This document shows positions 29,201-40,955 of a stretch of 64,000 bases of DNA, in pieces. The position numbers and the translations under genes were made by a program. How positions within the stretch are numbered: position 1 is the first letter of the stretch; each line of letters opens with the position of its first letter. The stretch is from Azolla caroliniana (Eukaryota > Plantae > Polypodiophyta), in NCBI GenBank assembly GCA_043228905.1, contig JBHGNT010000005.1, positions 19,840,001-19,904,000 of the forward strand. The letters are read 5' to 3'. A model generated the notes under the pieces. The model was not told the origin of the DNA and ran no database searches. It saw only the letters and a list, made by a program, of their open reading frames with translations.

Positions 29201-30115
29201 GTCAATATGCAGCTGTTGAAGGGATGTTGCGAGACGAATGTACTCTGAAATGCTATCCAATTCCCAGTTTTGTCCATGCATATAGAGACTATTAAGAGAA
29301 GGCATTGATTGTATTTGAGGCTTTACATGACACATCAATACCAATGCTGATATGCCGTCACCCTCAGTCACAAGCTCTTTCACATAGCTGAGAGAGGCTT
29401 TGACAAGCTTAGGAGCATTTACACATAACCTTTGAATTGGTGCAACATTTCCAAGGTTATTGAGGAACTCTAGGCATTTGAGATTTTCTGCCCTAATATG
29501 GGGACTCTGTAAACCTGGGCAAGAATTGATCGTCAAATCCTCCAAAAGAGGACATAGTTGTACAAAATCCATGAGTGCGGTATCAGTGATAACAATAAGA
29601 TCGAGGAAACATGACTTGAGAAGGCTAAAGGGATGGCATTCAAGTGGGATGTTAGGAATTGAACCATAGCATATATTAAGCCACTGAAGTCTCTTACAAT
29701 TTGATAGATGTATAAGCTTTCCTGGTTGAGGTGTGGTGCGGTTAGGATCCACCAGAGTAAGCTTTTCTAGGGATGGTTTCACATGCTGAATCCATGTGCA
29801 TACATTCTTCTCTGAGAAGTGATCGTCATCTATCCATGGCCATACCACTGGATGATAAGCAATTTTTAGGTCTCGAACTCCATTAGTCTTGAGCAACATG
29901 CTAGAGACCACAGCTTCAATGGACGAAGCTTTTCTCTTGCTTTCAGCCCTGTTCTCAAAGAGCTGAAATGATTCAAAGGTAAGGGTGTCTACAATCTGAG
30001 AAAGGTTCTTCCATCGGCGACATACCATTGCACATTGAGCCACTGTTTGAGCCAAACCTAGCATTGAGAATATCAAACAAATGACCCCATCTGGTAGGCT
30101 ATCGAAATCAGCCAT
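19438..30115 (-). CDS. F-box/LRR(RNI-like) protein; two coding exons split by a 9.4-kb intron
   Basis: Exon 30115-29105 (MADFDSLPDGVICLIFSML...CAMVCRRWKNL F-box, then LRR-like CPLLEDLTINSCPGL) ends TTTAAG|GT. The acceptor CAG|TGT at 19716 continues in phase (FFK|CLQAGS...) to the stop at 19438. An upstream in-frame ATG at 30169 is also possible. Confidence 0.8.
20200..21385 (+). mobile_element. Degenerate RTE/RTEX-like LINE fragment
   Basis: RT motifs KKAFDT (frameshifted) and MGVNQGRPLSPTLFGLCIDKL; C-terminal EDAYRLLFTCSAY; flanked by (CT)n at both ends. Confidence 0.75.
21406..22497 (+). mobile_element. Second degenerate RTE/RTEX-like LINE fragment with (TCTA)n tail
   Basis: EYVESFKYLG, LVTPILLYGVEVYG and SSHALRCETG...LCTLC motifs with stops; ends in a (tcta)n tail. 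Confidence 0.7.
22984..27880 (+). mobile_element. Complete but decayed Ty1/Copia LTR retrotransposon in the F-box intron
   Basis: 273-bp LTRs 22984-23256 and 27608-27880 (~11 mismatches by eye); TSD AATCC on both sides; Met-i PBS tggtatcagagc 23259-23270; gag zinc knuckle CYQCGRKGHKKPDC, protease WIVDSGAS, integrase VHSDVC, RT QMDVKTAFLHG/LYVDDML, RNase H YCDAD. Several frameshifts and stops. Confidence 0.95.
23414..27577 (+). pseudogene. Copia gag-pol, fragmented (ORF pieces 23414-24235, 24232-24810, 24807-25229, 25256-25453, 25523-27355, 27377-27577)
   Basis: Consecutive ORF pieces in Copia domain order gag-PR-IN-RT-RH, separated by frameshifts or stops. Confidence 0.9.
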
Positions 30116-30869
30116 TTCCTTGCAAAAGTGTTGCTTATGAGCGTAACATGGTCTAGGTTTTCTCATCATTCGGGTATTTCATAATCACAGCATCGCAGGG
30201 ATTACAGATTCTCACAATCCTGGATTGGAATTTTCCTACTGATCAAGGTTATGGGATTAGGACTTTTCATGTTCAGGAATTAGGATTTCAAACAAACCAT
30301 ATAATTAGGTTTTGCATAAGCAGAGATTGGGGTTCTATCTAATCAAGGATTAGGGTTATAAATACACGTGGATCAGAGTTTTACATAACCAGAGATTAGG
30401 GTTTTCTTTTCATGACAGCATCAGGGTCCAGCATTACAGGAGCAACAGTGGTCATGCCAAGAAGAGGTCAACATTTAAGCGAGAATCTGATAAGGCCCAA
30501 AATAACAGGAAAAACGTTTTAACCAAAAAATAAAGAAAAGGGAAAGAGGTAACAAACAAAGAGATAAAGGGAAGGAAAAGGAAGGGAAGGTATGGCTTAC
30601 TTGCAAAAAGAAGAAGAAGGGAAGCTTGAGAGGGGTCAATCCAGCGCTGCAGAGAGGGCCACTTGACAAGAACTTGGCGAGGAGGAGGAAGGAAGAGAGG
30701 CCGCCATAGCCATCGCCATAGCCTGAGCCTGAGCCTGAGCCTGCAGGAGACAGGGGAGACAGGGGAATGACGTGGCGATGAATGATTCGCTGAGGATTCC
30801 ACGAAGAAGGAAGCCAAGGGTTTCAATGACTTTGCTTGCTCTTCTTCTTCTTCTTCTTCTTCTTCTTCT

Positions 30870-31251
30870 GTATGTATGTATGTATGTATGTATGTATGTA
30901 TGTATGTATGTATGTATATATGTACGTATGTATGGTTATGTATAGTTATGTATGTATGTATGTATGTATTATGTAGGTACATACGTATGTATGTATGTAT
31001 AGTTATGTATGTATGTGTGGTTTTGTAATTATGTATGGTTATACATGTATGTATGTATGTATGTATCCATCCATATGGAGCTCCTTGATCTGACCCCTCC
31101 CTCATTATGAGATGCGCCTGCCTTGTACCAAGTGTCTAGAATCATTAGTTTGAATTGATTAAGGCCTATGTATGTATATATGTGTGTATGCATGTATATA
31201 TGTATGTATTTATGTACATACGTATGGTTATACATGTATGTGTGTATATAC

Positions 31252-31282
<31 letters not shown>

Positions 31283-31635
31283 TGTATGTATGTATCCATC
31301 CATATGGAGCTCCTCGATCTGACCCCTCCCTCATTACGGGATGCACCTGCCTTGTACCAAGTGTCTAGAATCATTAGTTTGAATTGATTAAGGCCTATGT
31401 ATGTATATATGTGTGTATGCATGTATATATGTATGTATATATGTACGTACGTACGTACGTACGTATTTATGTATGTATGTGTGGTTTTGTATTTATGTAT
31501 GGTTATGTGTGTGTGTGTGTGTGTGTATGTATCCATCCATCTGGAGCTACTTGATCTGACCCCTCCCACATTATGGGATGTGCCTACCTTGTACCAAGTG
31601 TCTAGAATCATTAGTTTGAACTTATTAAGGCCTAT
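30870..31635. repeat. Three ~230-bp tandem units: (TATG)n microsatellite plus a ~105-bp core
   Basis: Core ccatccatatggagctcct...gtaccaagtgtctagaatcattagtttgaattgattaaggccta near 31067, 31296 and 31533, each preceded by (tatg)n. Confidence 0.9.
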
Positions 31636-33203
31636 TTCTGTTTGATGGGCATCCCCCCCCATGTAAGAAAGATAATATCATATTTAATATCATCGGCCTT
31701 GTGTCTCGTGGCAACTTCCAACTTAACAACCAAGATGCATGAAAATAATAATAGGAAAGGGTAGTAAGTGGGAAATGGGAGGAATGGATGATGATGGAAT
31801 GGGAAGGGTGTGCAAGGGTTGTAAACTTGCCCACATCCTTGTGTAGCAGTTTAGTAACACAAACTTCAATGTACTTGATGGTATGGATTTGTGGCACGCT
31901 AATGCACCCGTTTAGACGTGCTCATCCTATCCAAATGCTTGAAAATTTTGACATCTTATACTCTCTTATTTTGTTGATTCCAAGCTCGAAACCTATCTTC
32001 TTCCTTTTGCATTTTCTTTTGGGATATGAAGACTTTTTTTGCACTTGGAACTCGAAGAATCTAAGTAATTTAATTGGATTATAGAACAAGCAAGAAAACT
32101 TGCTATAAAAGATATTTGCCAAATATGAAATAGATTGTAGGGACAAATAAGATATTCTAGGTAATGAAATTTTGTTTTTGGTCAAAACCACATAAAAAAA
32201 AGTCTTCAAGAAATGTCAAAGACAAATGAAGGATTCGAGCTTGAAAGCTTCAACTTATGAGATCATAATAATAACAAATTGTGTTGACTTTAAAAATACA
32301 AATTCACGATGTTTATTTAAACGAAATTGTAACAAGACGACCAAACGTTGAAACATTGAAACATTGCTTGTGGGAATGTCATGCTGCACAACAAGTTTGG
32401 AGACAAGTGTTCGAGTTCTAGCCTTTATGTTTAGGGATTGTAGTTTTTCGTGGGGTATGGTAGTATGGGCTACAGTGACACAAATGATGTGGCATGTCCA
32501 AATGACACGATTATTAGAATTCAAAGAGGAATGATAATGGTGGTGCAACGAAGTCATATGGAAGCTCCTTACATGTTAAAGGCAATGCAAGAAGTATGGG
32601 AGCTACTATGCACCACCACAATGTGGTTTATTTGGACTGTTAGGTGTTCTATGGTGTTTGGTAATACTACTGTTCAGCCAGTGGAAAGTGTACGGAATGT
32701 CTGGATAGAGATGGTGCATACCTGTTAAGAGTCTATTACTAATCAATAGACCAAATCAAGTAAAAAGGAAGAAAATAGATTGGATAGAAGAACCCGTTCC
32801 ACCCGACCACCCCCGAGCTATGATCTAGACATAGCCAACCTACCACCGACGTCCCATACCGCCGGATATTAGGATGACTAATACCTTGGAAGAGATAAAC
32901 ACGATCGTCGAGACGAAAGCCTAGCCCGCACCACCGGTGTCTACGCCAGCAGCCTTCCGACATGATCATCTCTATGAGGGTAGCTAAGCCTCATATTTAT
33001 ACCTTTTCCTAGGCCCCTTGAATAGATGTGCCTTTCTAAAAGGCTCTCTATTCATTGGTTGTCTAAATCATGATAGTGCATGCACATATCATTCATTCTA
33101 TCCAATCATTAGTCCCCTTTTTAATAATAGTGAACATACCCTTCACTAATGTAAATATTAGTGACCTACCCTCACCAACGTTATGTGTACATAACATACT
33201 CCC

Positions 33204-36200
33204 CTACTTCAAAAGATTGCACTCTTGCAATATAAAGTGAGGAATTTGTGCCTTAAGCGAATGCTCGCGTTCCCATGTGGCATCATCAATAGGTTTATCC
33301 ATCCATTTGATCTTGAGTAGCCGAATCTCTTTAGAACGTAAACGTTTAGTACGAGAATCAAGAATTCGTTCAGGAACATGAGGTTTGTAAGAAAAATCCT
33401 CTAATGTTACAAGATCTTGGATTGTGATGGTGTTATCACCAGAGCCTAAAAATGGTTTTAGACGATTGACGTGAAAAACAGGATGAATACCAACGTTACG
33501 AGGTAAGGCAAGGTGATAAGCAGATGACCCAACTCGCTTAAGGATTTCAAATGGGCCACAATATCGTGGGGCTAACTTAGCGCACTTGCCCGTAGATAAT
33601 GACGTAGAATCAGTCGGGACACGCAAAAAAACTTTTTGACCAATAGTAAATGCACGAGGACGTCTATCCTGATCAACATAAAATCGAGCACGATCTTGAG
33701 CTGTCTTGACATTTTCTTTGGCAATATGCAACATTTGGTTCATGTCTTGCAAAAAATTGCGTGTACTGTCTAATGTATCACGATGAATCGTGACATCAAC
33801 TGGGGCACGTGGCTGAAAACCATACATCAATATAAAAGGACTATATCCAGTGGATGTATGTTTAGAGCTATTATAGGCAAATTCTAAGATAGGAAGGTAT
33901 TGCTCCCACTTAGAAGGGGTTTTTGCTACATAAGCTCGAAGCATGTCCTCAATAATTTGATTAACTCGTTCAGTTTGTCCATCAGACTGAGGATGATCTG
34001 CGGAACTCATGCTCAACGTAGTTTCTAGTTTCTTAAAGACCTGAGTCCAAAAGTCACTAGTAAACTTGGAATCTCGATCACTAACAATATCCATCGGTAA
34101 TCCATAAAAACGAAATAACTCATCAACAAATTGATAAGCCAACTGTTGAGCGGTTACCGTGGTTTTTGTAGGAATAAATCTAGCTAATTTTGTTAGCCTG
34201 TCAACGACAACCCATATGGCATCATGACCCCTCTGTGTACGAGGTAAACTAACAATAAAATCCATCGAGATACTTTCCCATTTATTGTTGGGAATATCTA
34301 AGGGATGTAAAAGACCAACAGCTTTAAGTCGTTCCGACTTATTAATCTGACATTGTAAGCATTGAGTTACGTATTTATGCACGTCAGAGCGCATCTTAGG
34401 CCAGAAAAAAGTACACGAGATGAGAACGAACGTGCGTTGTATTCCAGGATGACCAGCAGATGGTGCATCATGACATTCATGAAAAATTTTCTGTTTAACA
34501 TTTGGTAAATCTGGAACACAGACCTTTCCACTACGGTAGAGCAAACCGTTTGTAATGTGAAAGGTCGTCTTCGAGGGTAGGGTGCTAGTATCGGCATCTA
34601 AACCAGATTCGGCTTTCGTCCAGTATTTTGAGAAATAACTGTCATCAAGGTATTTCCCTCGAAGGTGATCTAAAAGATCAGATTTTATTTCCGTGAAGCT
34701 AAGCATGTTAACTTCTTTAATGCGACTAAGAGCATCAGCAACGGTGTTCATAGAACCCTTGCGATATCGTATGGAAAAATCAAAATCTTGCATAAGGTCA
34801 GCCCAACGACCTTTACGACCAACAAGATCGGGCTGGTCACAAAAATACTTTAATGATTGATGGTCTGTTGTAACCACAAATTTATTTCCATAGAGATAGT
34901 GCCTCCATGTTTTAAGTGCGTGTATCACCGCAAACAACTCTTTCTCTTGAACCGAATATCGAGATTGAGCAGCATCAAGCTTCTTACTTTCAAAAGCGAT
35001 AGGGTGACCACCTTGATAAAGAACGGCACCAATAGCATAATCACTAGCATCGGTTTCAATTGAGAAAGGCTTAGAAGGGTCTGGTAATAGAAGAGTGGGA
35101 GCCTGACACACATGCTCCTTGAGTGTCTCAAATGATTTGTCAAGTTGTTCATTCCATGAAATTGGTTTGACAGACTTACGTGGATGACCTTTTAAAAGGT
35201 CAGTTAATGGCGTAGTCAATTTGGAATAGTTACGAATTGATTTTCGTAAAAATCCAACAAACCCTAAGAATGATCTAAGTTCACGAATATTACGAGGAAT
35301 GGGCCAAAGTTTAACCTTTTCAATACGAGAAGGTTCAATTTCAACGCCCTTTTCTGTAATTAAATGACCTAGGTACACAATAGATTTTTGGAAGAAGTCA
35401 CATTTTGAATGTTTTGCATAGAAAGAGTTGTCACGCAACTTTCGCAAAACAAATCGAACATGTTGAACATGATCTTGCAAGGTACAGCTATATATCAAAA
35501 TATCATCCAAGAAGACGACAACAAAATCACCGAGTTGATCTCGGAAAACATCATTCATCGCTTGTTGGAATGTGGCTGGAGCATTAGTCAACCCAAACGG
35601 CATGACTAAAAACTCATAATGGCCATAGCGCGTACGAAAAGCGGTTTTAGGAATATCATCCTCGGCGATGCAAATCTGATGATAACCAGTTCGTAAGTCA
35701 ATTTTCGTAAAATATCGAGCCCCATGCAAACGATCAATCAAATCATCGGCACGAGGTAATGGATATGCATTCTTAATTGTCATTTTATTCAAACGGCGAT
35801 AATTGATACACATTCGCCACGAACCTTCCTTCTTCTTGACTAATAGAACTGGCGCACCCCAAGGTGATTTACTATACCTAATGTGGCCCATACTCAAGTA
35901 TTCCTTAAGTTGTTTAGCGATCTCATCCTCTTCTAATCGACTAAGTCGGTAAGGTGGAATGCTCACAGGAGCAGCCCCAGGGATGAGTTCAATTTGATGG
36001 TCCACATTACGTTTAGGTGGTAAAGTAAGCGGTAATTCAGTAGGAAACACATCTTGAAAATCCTCTAAAATAGAGTCGAGTAATCGTTGCTCAAAATGTG
36101 GTAATTGTGTGGCGTCAATATTAAAATAATAAAATTGAACCGCAGGATCAATTACACACGAATAAATTAATGAACTAGAATACTCACTTAAAGATTTAGA

Positions 36201-37607
36201 AGACACAAGTGAATGAGAAGGAAGTTTGGAACATTGAATAAAATGTTTACAATTATTAAGTTCAAATGTGATTGAGTGATTAACCCAATCAATGGACAAA
36301 GAAGGGTTTTTATTAAAAAACCAAGGATATCCTAAAATGACATTTGCGGATTGTAATTTCATAACATGAAAGTCAAGCTTCTCCAAATAAGTATCTATTT
36401 GAATTGGCAGTTGACAAACAATGCCACTGATGTATTGAACGTTTCCATTTGCCATGTGAACTTGATAGATATGATCACTTGCGTTTATGTGGAGCTCCAT
36501 TTGCTGCACAAAGTGATCATTAAGAAAATTGTGAGAACTACCGGAATCAAACAAGAAATGTGCTTGTGTTCCATTGATATATCCGACTGCTCGGAGTAAA
36601 TCATTAGGTCCAAGTAAATGTGAAGGAAAAGTGCATTCACATAAACTTAAGTGATTGGTATGAACTTCAACAATATCAAAAGACTCACCTGTGTGACTCG
36701 TAGATTTGTCTTGAGGAGGGGTGTTCATTGACTTCCTCTCAAGACGACGACAGGTATCCTTTGTGTGGCCCCGCTTCTTGCAATATGCACAGAAGAGGTT
36801 CGGTTTCTTTGAGTCGCGGTCAAGAGTGTCACTGGATTGCTTACGTTTCCCAATGAACTTGACATTCGGAGTTTTGGCGAACTCAGGTTTATTGTGGTCT
36901 TTCTTGGAGGTCCTATGGTATCGCAGCACAATGTTGACGGCTTCCTCGAAAGTTGTGGGGTCCTTGTCATGGACAATCCAATGATAATCCCCATTGGGAA
37001 TACCATTCAAAAAACAAGCGACAAACCATTTCTCACCCGTAAGTCCCGATTTTTGGATCTGGGTCCGAGCGTGATGCACATAATCCTCGAGAGAGGTAAA
37101 TGGCTTACTAGACAATGTGAGCAAGTGTTGCGCTTGTTCGGTTTGAGAAGGTGGCTGCAAGAATTGTTTCTTAAAAACATCAACGAAACCTTCCCAAGTT
37201 GTGGGTAAGTTTTTTGCGGTCCTTAGGCCACGCCACCAAGCAGCAGCTCGGCCACCTAACTCACGACCGACATAACCAATTTTTACTGCATCGGGCTTGG
37301 GATGAAGCTCAAAGTGAGACTCCCAACGACCAAGCCAAGTGCTAATGGCCTCCTCGGTTCTTTCTTTCTTATCTCCCTTGAAAGGCGTGACTACGAAGGA
37401 AGGTTCACCTTCTTTCTTGGACTCAATAGTTAATTCTTGGAATTTCTTTTCCAATGCCATATTGGCCTGTCTCATTTCGGCCAATTGATTCAAGGTAGTA
37501 GTGAGCAATTGCTCAATAGTGATCTCAGCTTGTGTGCGAGATGCGGATTGGGGTTGAGAGGTCTCATTTGGAGAGATCGTTCCAACTGCGTTCAAAACTT
37601 GTTCCAT
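33204..37607 (-). CDS. Gypsy Gag-Pol polyprotein (1467 aa): gag, CCHC, protease, RT, RNase H, integrase, chromodomain
   Basis: CAYCKKRGHTKDTC; FLFDSGSS; KIDLRTGYHQ, MPFGLTNAPATFQ, FLDDILIYS; ETDAS...EKEL...TDH...ADALSR; H-H-C-C, SMDF/SDRD/GQTE; GPF; PERILDSR...IKW...DATWE. Uninterrupted frame. Confidence 0.95.
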   Translation of the reverse strand: MEQVLNAVGTISPNETSQPQSASRTQAEITIEQLLTTTLNQLAEMRQANMALEKKFQELTIESKKEGEPSFVVTPFKGDKKERTEEAISTWLGRWESHFELHPKPDAVKIGYVGRELGGRAAAWWRGLRTAKNLPTTWEGFVDVFKKQFLQPPSQTEQAQHLLTLSSKPFTSLEDYVHHARTQIQKSGLTGEKWFVACFLNGIPNGDYHWIVHDKDPTTFEEAVNIVLRYHRTSKKDHNKPEFAKTPNVKFIGKRKQSSDTLDRDSKKPNLFCAYCKKRGHTKDTCRRLERKSMNTPPQDKSTSHTGESFDIVEVHTNHLSLCECTFPSHLLGPNDLLRAVGYINGTQAHFLFDSGSSHNFLNDHFVQQMELHINASDHIYQVHMANGNVQYISGIVCQLPIQIDTYLEKLDFHVMKLQSANVILGYPWFFNKNPSLSIDWVNHSITFELNNCKHFIQCSKLPSHSLVSSKSLSEYSSSLIYSCVIDPAVQFYYFNIDATQLPHFEQRLLDSILEDFQDVFPTELPLTLPPKRNVDHQIELIPGAAPVSIPPYRLSRLEEDEIAKQLKEYLSMGHIRYSKSPWGAPVLLVKKKEGSWRMCINYRRLNKMTIKNAYPLPRADDLIDRLHGARYFTKIDLRTGYHQICIAEDDIPKTAFRTRYGHYEFLVMPFGLTNAPATFQQAMNDVFRDQLGDFVVVFLDDILIYSCTLQDHVQHVRFVLRKLRDNSFYAKHSKCDFFQKSIVYLGHLITEKGVEIEPSRIEKVKLWPIPRNIRELRSFLGFVGFLRKSIRNYSKLTTPLTDLLKGHPRKSVKPISWNEQLDKSFETLKEHVCQAPTLLLPDPSKPFSIETDASDYAIGAVLYQGGHPIAFESKKLDAAQSRYSVQEKELFAVIHALKTWRHYLYGNKFVVTTDHQSLKYFCDQPDLVGRKGRWADLMQDFDFSIRYRKGSMNTVADALSRIKEVNMLSFTEIKSDLLDHLRGKYLDDSYFSKYWTKAESGLDADTSTLPSKTTFHITNGLLYRSGKVCVPDLPNVKQKIFHECHDAPSAGHPGIQRTFVLISCTFFWPKMRSDVHKYVTQCLQCQINKSERLKAVGLLHPLDIPNNKWESISMDFIVSLPRTQRGHDAIWVVVDRLTKLARFIPTKTTVTAQQLAYQFVDELFRFYGLPMDIVSDRDSKFTSDFWTQVFKKLETTLSMSSADHPQSDGQTERVNQIIEDMLRAYVAKTPSKWEQYLPILEFAYNSSKHTSTGYSPFILMYGFQPRAPVDVTIHRDTLDSTRNFLQDMNQMLHIAKENVKTAQDRARFYVDQDRRPRAFTIGQKVFLRVPTDSTSLSTGKCAKLAPRYCGPFEILKRVGSSAYHLALPRNVGIHPVFHVNRLKPFLGSGDNTITIQDLVTLEDFSYKPHVPERILDSRTKRLRSKEIRLLKIKWMDKPIDDATWEREHSLKAQIPHFILQECNLLK

Positions 37608-38606
37608 GATGCACGCTGTGGGTATGCAATAAAATAAGGAGGTTCAGAAAATACACAAGCAAAATGAATGCTTGAAATTTTGATTGAAAGAACTTTATCC
37701 AAGAAAGTATCTCATGTCTTTACCCCTCTAGACATATGAGATGTGATTCGAGATCCGATAACTATGGTAACACTATGGTGTTTTAAAAACCATGGGGGAA
37801 AACATAGCTAAGATGTATTTCTCGGATCTCTATCTTGAGTAATCATGGCGGCTCCCCGAGGCTCAACCATGGTTCTTACATCAATGAAATTTCCTAGATA
37901 GCCTTATATTAATGCCAAGCCATCATGTATTATATGGTCGAGAAAGTGTATTACGTGAAAAAACAAGTGCACTCACAAGTAATATTCTAGTCTTGCGAGC
38001 AATAAGCAAACGTGATGATAAAATGATAAAATAAGGCACTACTCATAAGAGTTAAGTAGTGACGAAAACAAGGGTAAAAAAAAGAACCCATGTGTTACCT
38101 ACGAAAAAAACAATGTCACAAATAAATGGGAAGTGCAAGGTATGCACATATACATCCCAATATGATTGTTATAACTTGCACAATTGTGACATAAGCCACA
38201 AATTGATACAAGTGATGACGGTGTTGTGCGCAAAGATGTAATACTCAAATCCATGAGTAAAACATCAATAAGGGAACTCATATGGTTTTACTCGTTTTCT
38301 AAGGCTTGATGATAAGAGTTAAACCTAGATGACCCGTTGAAAAAAAATCGTTCAACAAGCCACTCCATACGAAAAAAAATAGTCTACACGTAAAGGTTAC
38401 ATTAAAAATAAACGATGTAAATACTTTATACATGAAAAGGAAGTGGAAAAAGGATAGTTAATTGTGGGCGGGTAAATAATAATTACTAGAAAATCATATA
38501 AGTGAAACAATACTTATGAAATTAAAATTTAATTAGAATAATCAACAATTAGGTGTATGGAATCAAACATGCCCTAAGATACGAAACCCTAGGGTAGTTG
38601 ACATGC

Positions 38607-38930
38607 ACCTCCTCAAGACCACCACATATCCCTAGAATCGGCCAAGTAATGGCTAATTAAAGAGGAAAGTGGCATAGGTAAGTGACATATACCTCGTCAA
38701 GGCCACATCATCCCTTAGAATCGGCCAATTGATGGCTAATTAAAAAGGAAAGTGGCATATGTAAGCTACATATACCTTGTCAAGGCCACAACATCCCATA
38801 GAATCGGCCAATTGATGGCTTAATAGAGAGTAGAGTGGCATAGGTAGGCAACATACACCTCGTCAAGGCCACATCATCCCTTAGAATCGGCCAAGTGATG
38901 GCTCAATAGAGGGGAAGAGTGGTATACTCA
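38607..38930. repeat. 83-bp tandem repeat x4 in the Gypsy 5' leader
   Basis: acctcgtcaaggccacatcatcccttagaatcggccaa... near 38607, 38691, 38774 and 38857. Confidence 0.85.
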
Positions 38931-40955
38931 ACATCATATGCAAAACGGCCATGAGATAAGCGTGTGCGATTAGAGCAAACACGCTCGACCCAATGCACAA
39001 GAATAATTATTATCGTAAGAGTTCAAGAGAGGAGAGAGTGGGATATATATCGCAATATGCAAAAGGCCATGAGTTGAGCGTGTGCGATTAGTGCAAACAC
39101 GCTCGGCCCGATGCATATTAATAAGTAAAATCGTAGCGTAGTAGGAGGTAGAAAGAAAGAGAATAAAACGTAATACCAATTTGATTCGACCATAAAGAAC
39201 GCATAATAGAAAAAGAGAAGAGATCAAAAAAGAAGAATACCGGGTTTAGAGTGTTGTTTTGATCCTGAGAAGAGCATGACGAGCCTTGTTAGATCCCCCT
39301 CGCTCACACGCAAAAAACATCAAAACAACAAAAAAATTGTTAGTAAAAGCTCTGATACCACTGTTAAGAGTCTATTACTAATCAATAGACCAAATCAAGT
39401 AAAAAGGAAGAAAATAGATTGGATAGAAGAACCCGTTCCACCCGACCACCCCTGAGCTATGATCTAGACATAGCCAACCTACCACCGACGTCCCATACCG
39501 CCGGATATTAGGATGACTAATACCTTGGAAGAGATAAACACGATCGTCGAGACGAAAGCCTAGCCCGCACCACCGGTGTCTACGCCAGCAGCCTTCCGAC
39601 GTGATCATCTCTATGAGGGTAGCTAAGCCTCATATTTATACCTTTTCCTAGGCCCCTTGAATAGATGTGCCTTTCTAAAAGGCTCTCTATTCATTGGTTG
39701 TCTAAATCATGATAGTGCATGCACATATCATTCATTCTATCCAATCATTAGTCCCCTTTTTAATAATAGTGAACATACCCTTCACTAATGTAAATATTAG
39801 TGACCTACCCTCACCAACGTTATGTGTACATAACAATACCTTGAAAGGGTAGTATGAGGATATTAAAGGTGAGACAGATGTTGCAGTGTTGCAACGCCTC
39901 AAATTTATTGCCTATTGGAAGAAGACCCCGTTTCTCACATTACAAAATTAAAGACCTAAATGGTGCTTAGCACCACCAGTATGGTTGTTCCCACCACCAA
40001 TCACATAACTTGGTTAAGGAGTGGTGGAGTGTTCATACTATTTATCCTTGAGGGATGGGACCTAAGGAAGAATGTAACATATCAATGGTAGCTTGATGGT
40101 AGGTCAACTTTATTGTAATAATTGTTCATAACTAATGAAAGGATATTTTCCAGGAAGAAGAAGAAGAAGAAGACCAAACGTTTCAGGTTATGCAACTAAA
40201 ACGGTATGTGTGGCAACCTGTGTGAAATTGTCCTTGTAAAAATGGGAATTTGCGTAACTAAATAACTACACCAAGGGAAGGGTCACAATTCTTCAATGAA
40301 GATCCTTATTGTTCAATTATTTGATCCCAACAAAATAAATAAATAAAGATGATAAGGGGTATTTTGGTGCAACAAATTTCTAGATTGGCTATGTCCATCA
40401 TTCAGTTCGTCAACCATTGTTGTTCGGTGTCAATGAAATGGTGTTTTACGCTTCATCAGTTAGTGTGCACAAAAGTAGTTAATGCACGAAACAATGTTGT
40501 GACACTTTAAGCTCACCCAAAGTATGACAAGTCCTAACGCTCTATGTCTGGGTTGCTATAAACTTGAGCATTTTAGATTTCAACATTGCCAATCACTATT
40601 GGGGAACATGGTGACACGTTATGTGAATTGATTGAGGTTGGGCATAGAAGGACCAATCAATACAACAAATGCATAATTTCTATGAACTAATCACTTGTAA
40701 TTGCGCTAAATACTTTTAGATTTCAATGATGTTGGAAAACAATGTAACTCTTTACAATATGAGACAATTGTCATTTTGTACCTTACGAATTAGCATTTTG
40801 AGTTTCAATGAAAAATCCCAAGGGATCATGATCTACAACATTAACATCATTCTTGATATTTTTTATGAATTTGTTGTCAAACAATATCATATTATACTCA
40901 CACATTATCTTTTTGCTTTCATCTATAAGTAACATTACCAATTTTATGTAAGATT

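Larger units (their letters stand above)
32723..39835 (-). mobile_element. Young full-length Ty3/Gypsy chromovirus
   Basis: 474-bp LTRs 32723-33196 and 39362-39835 (TG...CA, 2 differences seen); TSD ATACC; Met-i PBS (minus) 39349-39360; PPT aggggagta next to the left LTR; single long ORF. Confidence 0.97.
32230..40172 (+). mobile_element. L1-like LINE 3' fragment split by the Gypsy insertion (32230-32722 and 39836-40172)
   Basis: WELLCTTTMWFIWTVRCSMVFG...WIEMVHT continues after the Gypsy as LKG*YEDIKG...YWKKTPF; ends near a (GAA)n tail at 40154-40172. Confidence 0.65.

Noticed and set aside
30230-30420. ATTAGGGTT telomere-like motifs
   Set aside because: Scattered telo-box-like hits in a probable 5' UTR intron; not a telomeric array.
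30452-31662. ORFs rich in HTYI/MYVC repeats
   Set aside because: Translation artefacts of (TATG)n microsatellites.
32739-32969. 76-aa ORF duplicated at 39378-39608
   Set aside because: Lies within the two LTR copies; no recognisable domain.
38607-38930. Regularly spaced repeats as a CRISPR-like array
   Set aside because: Whole units are homologous with no unique spacers; eukaryotic TE leader; no cas genes.
40173-40955. Unassigned AT-rich segment before the Copia cluster
   Set aside because: No convincing termini, TSD or protein motif.
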